Below, one piece after another: positions 57,213-64,000 of a DNA stretch of 64,000 nucleotides. This DNA comes from Vicinamibacteria bacterium (lineage in GTDB: Bacteria; Acidobacteriota; Vicinamibacteria; Fen-336; JAGNNV01), in the NCBI GenBank assembly GCA_044229175.1, contig JBGATM010000020.1, positions 1,754 through 65,753 of the forward strand. Direction: 5' to 3'. A program made the translations under genes and the position numbers. The first letter of the stretch is position 1. Every line of letters begins with the position of its first letter. The notes beneath the pieces were generated by a model. The model saw only the letters and a program-made list of their open reading frames with translations, did not search any database and had not been told where the DNA came from.

Positions 57213-57581
57213 ATGGCTCAAGAACCTGGTCGAACGTTCATCGACGCGGAGACCTCAATCGACGGAAAGATCCACGGCAAGGACGCGACGATTGCCGGGA
57301 AGTTCAAGGGGGAAGTCAATCTCACCGGCACGCTGGTGCTGAATCCCACCGCGAACGTGGACGCGACGGTCCAGGCCGAACTGGTCGAGGTCGGGGGGGC
57401 CTTCTCCGGCAAACTCACGGCGCGGAAGGTCGTGGTTCTGGAGACCGGCAGGGTCACGGGCACTCTCGATGCCGGTCAGCTGGTGGTCCGCGAGGGCGCC
57501 GTCCTGAACGGGCCGGTGGCCGCGGGGAAGGCGGTCTCGGGGGGAGCCATCGCACCGGCCGCGCCGGCCGCCAAGTCTTGA
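57213..57581 (+). CDS. bactofilin (DUF583) cytoskeletal protein
   Basis: Repetitive beta-helix pattern ...IDGKIHGKDATIAGKFKGEVNLTGTLVLNPTANVDATVQAELVEVGGAFSGKLTARKVVVLETGRVTGTL.. followed by an Ala/Pro tail. Confidence 0.82.
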   Translation: MAQEPGRTFIDAETSIDGKIHGKDATIAGKFKGEVNLTGTLVLNPTANVDATVQAELVEVGGAFSGKLTARKVVVLETGRVTGTLDAGQLVVREGAVLNGPVAAGKAVSGGAIAPAAPAAKS

Positions 57582-58633
57582 AGGTCGCGGATCTCGCCCT
57601 CCGCCTTGGAGGGGAGGTTAGAGGCGACGCGCAGGTCGAAGTCACCCGCGTCTCGCCCCTCGAATCGGCCGCGCCGGGCTCGATCTCGTTCCTCTCCAGC
57701 GCCAAGTATCGCTCCCAGCTTCTCTCCTGCCGGGCCTCGGCCCTGATCGTGAGCGATCCGGCGCTCGTCGCCCCCCAGACCGGGCTCCCGGCCTTCTCCG
57801 CCCTCGTGGTGGTGAAGGATGCCTATGTGGCCTATGCCCAGGCCGCGGCCATACTCCATCCGAACGTCGTCGAAGCTCCAGGGATCCATCCCACCGCGGT
57901 GGTGCATCCGGGGGCGCGCGTGGATCCATCCGCGCACGTGGGCCCCCTGGTCACCGTGGGTGAAGGGGCGACGATCGGGGCTCGGGTGACCCTGCACCCT
58001 CACGTTGCCATCTACCGCGACGTCTCGGTGGGCGACGACACCGTCCTGCATGCCGGAGTCTCGGTTCGGGAGGGTTGCCGGATCGGCCGCAGGGTGATCG
58101 TTCACAACAACGCGGTCATCGGGGCCGACGGCTTCGGGTTCGCCAAGGACGCGGCGGGGAAGTACGTGAAGATTCCTCAGGTGGGCATCGTTGAGATCGA
58201 GGACGACGTGGAGATCGGGGCTGTGTCCGCGGTCGATCGGGCGTCCATGGGGGTCACGCGGATCCGGCGAGGCACGAAGCTCGACAACTTCGTGCAGGTC
58301 GGCCACAGCGTCTCGATCGGTGAAGACGGCGTGATCTGCGCGCACGTGGGCATCGCGGGAAGCACCAAGGTCGGCGACCGCGTCATCCTGGCCGGCCAGG
58401 TCGGGGTGGCCGACCACGCCTCCATCGGCAACGACGTGATCGTGAGCGCCCAGTCGGGACTGCATGGAGAGGTTCCCGATGGATCCCGGGTGGCGGGGAG
58501 TCCCGCCTACGACGCGCGAACCTGGCTGAAGGTCAGTGGCGGACTGAAGCAGCTTCCCGACCTCATCAAGCGAGTGCGCGACCTCGAAGAGCGGCTTCTC
58601 GCCGCGGAATCGACGGCCGCTTCGAAGAAGTGA
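57578..58633 (+). CDS. lpxD: UDP-3-O-acylglucosamine N-acyltransferase
   Basis: N-terminus MKVADLALRLGGEVRGD, hexapeptide repeats, ...GADGFGF... and a C-terminal coiled coil. The TTG start overlaps the bactofilin stop (TTGA). Confidence 0.9.
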   Translation: MKVADLALRLGGEVRGDAQVEVTRVSPLESAAPGSISFLSSAKYRSQLLSCRASALIVSDPALVAPQTGLPAFSALVVVKDAYVAYAQAAAILHPNVVEAPGIHPTAVVHPGARVDPSAHVGPLVTVGEGATIGARVTLHPHVAIYRDVSVGDDTVLHAGVSVREGCRIGRRVIVHNNAVIGADGFGFAKDAAGKYVKIPQVGIVEIEDDVEIGAVSAVDRASMGVTRIRRGTKLDNFVQVGHSVSIGEDGVICAHVGIAGSTKVGDRVILAGQVGVADHASIGNDVIVSAQSGLHGEVPDGSRVAGSPAYDARTWLKVSGGLKQLPDLIKRVRDLEERLLAAESTAASKK

Positions 58634-59460
58634 CCGCAGCGCCTCCTCCCTCTCCGGCCGATCGGCTCTCTCGGCTGGTGAAACGCGAGGCGCTGGGCGG
58701 GGCCTATGCGCTCCTGACCTTCGAACACGCGGAGATCTCGCGCGCGAATGCCGGCCAGTTCGCGATGATCCAACCCGACGAAACGCGCGACCTCATTCTC
58801 CGGCGCCCATTCTCGATCATGGATACCGATCCGGAGGCTTCCCGGTTCACGATCTTCCTCAAGGCCGTAGGGCCGGGCTCGAAAGCCGTCTTCGATCTCC
58901 GCGAGGGCGAGAACGCGCGCGTGCTCGGTCCTCTCGGTCACGGTTTCACCCGACCCTCGTCCGGCGAACGCGTGCTCCTGGTCGGAGGGGGATATGGCGT
59001 GGCGCCCTTCGCCCTGTTCTCCCGGACCCTCCACGAGACCGGGGTGGCCTTTCAGCTCTTCTATGGAGGCCGCAGCGCTACTGAGCTTCCCCTGGTCGAG
59101 GAATTGGAGCGCCGGGGCATCCCCCTGACCCTGTCCACCGACGACGGAACCCGCGGCGAGCGGGGAAGGGTCACCGCTCCATTGATCGCGGCTCTCTCCG
59201 CGGAGGAGAACGGGACGCGCCTCTACGCCTGCGGGCCCGAGGCCATGATGCACGCGGTGGCGAAGATCGCGGCCGAGAAGGATCTTCCCTGCGAGGTGAG
59301 TCTCGATCCCTGGATGGGGTGTGGCCTCGGCACCTGTCTCGGCTGCGTGGTGAAGATCCAGGATCCGGGCGAACTCCGGCCGAAGAACCGTCCCGCGTGT
59401 ACCGAAGGTCCGGTGTTCGACTCGAAACGGGTGGTCTGGCCAGCGGAGGACCGGTCATGA
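58630..59460 (+). CDS. pyrK: dihydroorotate dehydrogenase (class 1B) electron-transfer subunit
   Basis: FAD/NAD ferredoxin-reductase fold (RPFSIM, LLVGGGYGVAPF) and a C-terminal 2Fe-2S motif CGLGTCLGCVV...C. The GTG start overlaps the lpxD stop. Confidence 0.88.
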   Translation: MTAAPPPSPADRLSRLVKREALGGAYALLTFEHAEISRANAGQFAMIQPDETRDLILRRPFSIMDTDPEASRFTIFLKAVGPGSKAVFDLREGENARVLGPLGHGFTRPSSGERVLLVGGGYGVAPFALFSRTLHETGVAFQLFYGGRSATELPLVEELERRGIPLTLSTDDGTRGERGRVTAPLIAALSAEENGTRLYACGPEAMMHAVAKIAAEKDLPCEVSLDPWMGCGLGTCLGCVVKIQDPGELRPKNRPACTEGPVFDSKRVVWPAEDRS

Positions 59461-60380
59461 CCGCTCCCGCGCTCGGCGTCCAGATCGGTTCCCTCAAGCT
59501 CAAGAACCCGCTCCTCGCCGCGTCGGGCACCTGCGGCTACGGGGTCGAGATCGCGGGGGTGGTCGATCTGAACACCCTCGGCGGCATCGTGACCAAGGGC
59601 CTCTACATGGCCGCGCGCGATGGCTGCGAGGTGCCCCGGATCGCGGAAACGCCCGCCGGACTGCTGAATGCCATCGGCCTCCAGGGCGTCGGGATCCGCG
59701 CCTTCGTGGAGAGGGTGCTGCCCCAACTGCGCGCCTTCGACACCGCGGTGATCGTCAACGTCTGCGGAGAGACGGTGGAGGAATACGCGGAGGTCTCGCG
59801 GATCGCGAGCGAGGCCGAGGGCGTGCACGCGCTCGAGATCAACATCTCCTGCCCCAACGTCAAGACCGGCGGTATCGCCTTCGGGACCGACCCGCTGATG
59901 ACCCACGAAGTGGTCGCGGCGGTGCGCAAGTCGAGCCGCCTCCCCGTCATCCCGAAGCTGTCGCCGAACGTCACCGACATCACCGTCCTCGCCCGCGCCT
60001 GCGAAGAAGCGGGGGCCGACGCGATCTCCTGCGTCAACACCTTCCTCGGCCTCGCCATCGACGTGGAGACGCGCAAGCCGAAGCTGGCCTTCGGCACCGG
60101 AGGGCTGTCCGGTCCGGCGATCCGGCCTCTCGCGGTGCGCATGACCTGGCAGGCGGCGCGCGCGGTGAAGATCCCCATCATCGGAATCGGCGGCATCGCC
60201 TCCGCGAGCGATGCGCTCGAGTTCTTCATCGCCGGGGCGTCCGCGGTGCAGGTGGGGACGCTCAACTTTTCGCGTCCGACCGTCTACGGCGAGATCGAGG
60301 CGGGCCTCGTCGATTACCTGACCCGCCACGGGATGGGAAGCATCCGCGACCTGGTCGGGACCATCCGCTACCCGCGCTGA
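59457..60380 (+). CDS. pyrD: dihydroorotate dehydrogenase (class 1B) catalytic subunit
   Basis: Has LKNPLLAASGTCGYG, EINISCPNVK, PKLSPNV and GGLSGPAIRP...IGIGGI. ATGA overlap with pyrK. Confidence 0.93.
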   Translation: MTAPALGVQIGSLKLKNPLLAASGTCGYGVEIAGVVDLNTLGGIVTKGLYMAARDGCEVPRIAETPAGLLNAIGLQGVGIRAFVERVLPQLRAFDTAVIVNVCGETVEEYAEVSRIASEAEGVHALEINISCPNVKTGGIAFGTDPLMTHEVVAAVRKSSRLPVIPKLSPNVTDITVLARACEEAGADAISCVNTFLGLAIDVETRKPKLAFGTGGLSGPAIRPLAVRMTWQAARAVKIPIIGIGGIASASDALEFFIAGASAVQVGTLNFSRPTVYGEIEAGLVDYLTRHGMGSIRDLVGTIRYPR

Positions 60381-60606
60381 ACGAAGACCCGCTCCGCGGC
60401 GATCCCCTGCCGTCTCCGTTTGCCCCGAATCCGGCAATTGCGCGAAAGACGATTGCGTGTGCGGTGGGGACGGCGTAAGACCTTCACCAACAAAGTCGGA
60501 TGGTCCCACTGATCGACAGCGAAGGCCCGCAACCCTGCGTCGGCTCTCCGCGAGCCCGGCTGCCCGGGTCCACTCATCACCCCAATCCGTGAACGAGGTT
60601 CGAACC

Positions 60607-63441
60607 ATGAAGCTCCTCAATCGATTCGCCGTCCTGCTCGCGGCCGTCTATCTCGTGATGCTCGGTCCCCCGGCCCGGGCCCAGGTCCAGACCGGCAGCA
60701 TCCTGGTCAAGGTCCAGGACAGCAGCGGGGCGGCATTGCCGGGAGCCACCGTCACTCTGACCAGCCCGGTCCTGATCGGGCCCATGATCGCGGTCACCGA
60801 CGGGGCGGGCGCGCATCGTTTCCTCTCCCTCCAGCCGGGCAACTACACGGTGAAGACCGCGATGGCGGGCTTTCAAACCACGGCCCGGGAGAATGTGCCG
60901 GTGAACGTCGGCGGCACCACCTCTCTCGACTTCTCTCTCTCGGTCAAGACGATGTCGGACGAAATCACGGTCAGCGCGGAGGCGCCCGTGGTCGACACCA
61001 CCACCGCGAACGTGAGCACGGTCCTTTCCCAGGAACTGCTGCAGAAGACCCCGGGCGGACGAGACATCTGGTCGCTCGTCGAGTACAAGGTTCCCGGCCT
61101 CATCACGAACCGGCCCGACGTGGGCGGTAGCTCTGGCGGCCTCCAGGCCTCGTTCAGCGCGCGCGGCACACCCAACAGCCAGAACGTCCAGTTCCTGAAC
61201 GGCATCAACGTCGGCGACCCCTCGGCCATCGGCTTCACCGGCTTCTATTACGACTACGACGCGTTCGATCAGATCCAGGTCTCCACCGGCGCCAACGACA
61301 TCTCCGTCCCCTCCTCCGGCGTCTTCCTGAACATGGTGACGAAGACGGGAGGCGACAAGTGGAACGGCAAGGCGTCGGCTTTCTGGGAGGGCGAACCGAC
61401 TCAGGGCCAGAACGTGGACGCCAATCTCCAAAGCTACGGTTTCCGCCCGGATGCCGGAGCGGTCAAGAAGGTCTCCGACTTTGCCGTGGCCATCGGCGGA
61501 CCGCTGGTCAAGGACAAGCTTCGCCTCTACACCTCGGTCCGCGACTGGCGCGTCCATGTGAACGTCCCCGGCTTCCCGGAGATCGAGAACACCGACATGA
61601 CCTCCGGCCTCGTGAACCTCACCTGGCAGCTCGATTCCAAGAACCGGGTGACCCTCTACGGGAGCCGGCAGTACTACAACAAGCCGAATCGGGCGGCCGC
61701 GGCCACCAACGAGCCCCTATCCGTCTTCCACGAGGATGACCACTTCACCCTGGCCCAGGGCCTCTGGAACTCGGTGCTTTCCCAGCGGGCCTTCCTGGAC
61801 GCCCGGATCAGCTACCTCAACATCTACTTCCCCCTGTTCCAGAAGGGCACCGATCAGTCTCTCCTCAACACCACCACCGGCTTCCTGTCGCGGGCTGCCC
61901 AGAACGAGCAGATCTTCATTCGCGAACGGCTGCAGGCGAGCCTGAATCTCCAGTATGCCGTGCCCGAAGCGCTGGGTGGTCGTCACGAGATGCGGTTCGG
62001 CCTGGACTTCTCCCACATGCCCACCACCACCGCCGTTCATCGTATCGACGACCTGAATCTGTTCTGCACCGGCGCCGCCACCGCGACCCAGCCATGCGCT
62101 CGTGGTTCGCAGGTCCAGTTCTTCAACTCGCCGGTCAACTCCGCCTCCAACGTCCGGGTGATGACCGCCTTCGCCCAGGACAGCTACCAGCGGGACTCGC
62201 TGACCATCACCGGCGGGGTGAGGCTCGAGAGCGTGGAGGGATATCTGCCCGAGCAGTCGAGTCCCCCCTCCCGCTGGTTCCCGACCGCGACCCGGACGTT
62301 CTCCAAGATCAGCGACTCCCCGAAGTGGAAGACCATTTCGCCGAGGTTGAGTTTTGCCTACGACCTGGGCGGCAACGGCCGCACGGCCCTGAAGGTCGCC
62401 GCCGGCCGCTACCACTACACCCTGGCCACGGGCACCGCGAACAGCATCAATCCGAACTTCAACGTCTCCGAGACCTATGTCTGGAACGACCTCAACGGCG
62501 ACTTCAAGTATCAGGATGGGGAGCGGGGCGCCCTGCAGTCCCGCGCGGGGGCGCTGGTGACCTCGATGGATCCAAACCTCAAGCGGCCCTACACCGACGA
62601 ACTAATCTTCAGCGTGGACCAGGAACTCGGCCACAATCTCAAGATCTCGGGAGACGTATCGTGGCGGCGAGAGCGCGACGTGTTCGGCAACAAGGAGATC
62701 GCGGTCCCGCTCGACGCCTTCCAGCCGGTCGTAAGGACCGAGAACGGCCCCGACGGCGTAGCCGGAACCGCCGACGATCGCCCCATCACCGTCTACAACC
62801 AGAGCGCTTCGACCATCGGCACCAACCGCTTCCTCGTCACCAACAGTCCGAAGCTGAACCAGGACTACCGAGGGTTCCAGCTCAGCATCACCAAGAGGAT
62901 GTCGGACAACTGGCAGATGCTCGCGAGCTATGCCTACGGGAAGACCACGGTCAAGGCCGACGCGTTCGCGAACCCGAACCAGCTGATCAACAGCGAAGGT
63001 CCGGTCTTCTTCAATCGGCCTCACACGGTCAAGGTCTCGGGCACATACCTGCTGCCGAAAGACGTCGAACTGAGCGTCAATTTCCGCACGCAGAGCGGGG
63101 TTCAGCTCACGAGGACCGCGACCTTTGCCCTGAACCAGGGCAACGTCACGGTCAACGTGGAGCCGCGCGGCTCCACCAAGCTGGACATGCTGACCACCCT
63201 CGACGCCCGTCTCGCTCATACCTTCAAGATGAGCGGCTCCAAGGAAGTCGAGGTGGTGGTGGACGGCTACAACCTGCTGAACGCGAATACGGTCTGGGAC
63301 GCGCGAACCCTGTCGACGGTCACGAACTTCCGGCCGGCCGGCGACCCGACCGCCACGCCCGTGCCCAAGCCGACTTATCTTTCGCCCCTTTCGATTCTCG
63401 GTCCGCGAATCTTCCGGATCGGGGCCGCGTTCCGGTTCTAG
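60607..63441 (+). CDS. TonB-dependent receptor-like outer-membrane protein with N-terminal CarboxypepD_reg domain
   Basis: Signal peptide, then GSILVKVQDSSGAALPGATVTL...TDGAGAHRFLSLQPGNYTV (carboxypeptidase-regulatory fold). A long beta-rich body ends in the aromatic ...IGAAFRF. Confidence 0.85.
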   Translation: MKLLNRFAVLLAAVYLVMLGPPARAQVQTGSILVKVQDSSGAALPGATVTLTSPVLIGPMIAVTDGAGAHRFLSLQPGNYTVKTAMAGFQTTARENVPVNVGGTTSLDFSLSVKTMSDEITVSAEAPVVDTTTANVSTVLSQELLQKTPGGRDIWSLVEYKVPGLITNRPDVGGSSGGLQASFSARGTPNSQNVQFLNGINVGDPSAIGFTGFYYDYDAFDQIQVSTGANDISVPSSGVFLNMVTKTGGDKWNGKASAFWEGEPTQGQNVDANLQSYGFRPDAGAVKKVSDFAVAIGGPLVKDKLRLYTSVRDWRVHVNVPGFPEIENTDMTSGLVNLTWQLDSKNRVTLYGSRQYYNKPNRAAAATNEPLSVFHEDDHFTLAQGLWNSVLSQRAFLDARISYLNIYFPLFQKGTDQSLLNTTTGFLSRAAQNEQIFIRERLQASLNLQYAVPEALGGRHEMRFGLDFSHMPTTTAVHRIDDLNLFCTGAATATQPCARGSQVQFFNSPVNSASNVRVMTAFAQDSYQRDSLTITGGVRLESVEGYLPEQSSPPSRWFPTATRTFSKISDSPKWKTISPRLSFAYDLGGNGRTALKVAAGRYHYTLATGTANSINPNFNVSETYVWNDLNGDFKYQDGERGALQSRAGALVTSMDPNLKRPYTDELIFSVDQELGHNLKISGDVSWRRERDVFGNKEIAVPLDAFQPVVRTENGPDGVAGTADDRPITVYNQSASTIGTNRFLVTNSPKLNQDYRGFQLSITKRMSDNWQMLASYAYGKTTVKADAFANPNQLINSEGPVFFNRPHTVKVSGTYLLPKDVELSVNFRTQSGVQLTRTATFALNQGNVTVNVEPRGSTKLDMLTTLDARLAHTFKMSGSKEVEVVVDGYNLLNANTVWDARTLSTVTNFRPAGDPTATPVPKPTYLSPLSILGPRIFRIGAAFRF

Positions 63442-63571
63442 AGTTGGCCCAAGCCTCCGGGGACGTTTTGGTTCCCGGTGGATTGCGATCGCACCAGGCG
63501 CGCGGGCGACCGCTCTCCTGGCCCTTTTCGAATGTGCGCAGGACCTGCGCCTCCTGCTTCCGGAGAACCCG

Positions 63572-64000
63572 ATGCTGAAGAACCGACGCCGGTGGGCCGC
63601 ACCGCTCACCCTCCTCCTATCCTTCGCGGCCAACGCCGGCGCGGCGCTCACCATCGAGCAGCTGATCGAGATAAAGCATCCGAGCAATCCGATCTTCTCG
63701 CCCGACGGCGCGAACGTGGCCTTCCTCTGGGATCGGGCCGGCGTCACCAACCTCTATGTCGCCGGCGCCAGCGGGGGTGAGAAGCCGCGGGCGGTCACGA
63801 GCCTGAAGGAGGGCCAGCCCGGCGGCGTGTTCTGGAGCGCGGACGGCGCGTCGTTGTACTACTCGTTCGGCGGCGACCTCTGGCAGGCGCCCATCGCATC
63901 CGGCGGCGAAAGCCATCCGGTGTGGCGCACCCCGGCGAGCGAGACCGGCATCACGCCCTCTCCCGATCTCAGCCGTGTGGCCTACATGCGCTCCGCGGAG
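63572..64000 (+). CDS. secreted beta-propeller protein, probably S9 (prolyl oligopeptidase/DPP) family peptidase, N-terminal fragment
   Basis: ATG 63572. A signal peptide (LTLLLSFAANAGAA) followed by ...PIFSPDGANVAFLWDRAGVTNLYV...WSADGASLYY...SPDLSRVAYM, which are TolB/DPP-type propeller repeats. Runs off the window. Confidence 0.55.
   Translation, partial: MLKNRRRWAAPLTLLLSFAANAGAALTIEQLIEIKHPSNPIFSPDGANVAFLWDRAGVTNLYVAGASGGEKPRAVTSLKEGQPGGVFWSADGASLYYSFGGDLWQAPIASGGESHPVWRTPASETGITPSPDLSRVAYMRSAE

Noticed and set aside
63457-63478. Hairpin CCGGGGA-N8-UUCCCGG after the TonB-dependent receptor gene as a terminator
   Set aside because: It is a 7-bp stem including a G-U pair, with no U-tract. 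Support is too weak.

Overview
Visibly GC-rich bacterial chromosomal segment. Its gene content suggests Acidobacteriota (inference): an ADOP-type duplicated FtsX permease, a CarboxypepD_reg TonB-dependent receptor, and TAT-exported Gfo/Idh/MocA and PLP enzymes. I support about 60 protein-coding genes. Many long Arg/Gly/His-rich ORFs in the track are antisense or out-of-frame artefacts of high GC and were discarded. I saw no rRNA, tRNA, CRISPR, transposase, integrase or prophage genes, so this is core-genome-like rather than a mobile island. Many adjacent genes overlap by 4 nt (ATGA/GTGA/TTGA), which marks operons. Main blocks: (1) membrane glycosyltransferases, a YgjP-like hydrolase, an SBP and a pseudo-receiver-PilZ protein. 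(2) An isolated PduS-like flavo-FeS protein plus a PduT-like tandem-BMC shell protein, with no other shell genes in the window. (3) A CBS-Hsp20 stress pair preceded by a ~790-nt ORF-free, hairpin-rich region that carries a sigma54-type promoter. (4) A CoA-dependent aromatic acid cluster: aryl-CoA ligase, creatininase-family protein, SDR, RidA, enoyl-CoA hydratase, acyl-CoA dehydrogenase, and a fused FAD-monooxygenase/OYE anthraniloyl- or salicylyl-CoA monooxygenase-reductase. (5) Housekeeping genes (apaH, pdxJ, gltA, thrC, lpxD, pyrK/pyrD). (6) A six-gene two-component/c-di-GMP operon. (7) The rplM-rpsI-rpsB-tsf-pyrH-frr translation cluster. Immediately upstream of it on the same strand sits a Spo11/Topo VI-A homologue paired with a histone-H1-like K/A-rich protein rather than a GHKL Top6B. 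I consider that pair the most interesting candidate for an undescribed system.
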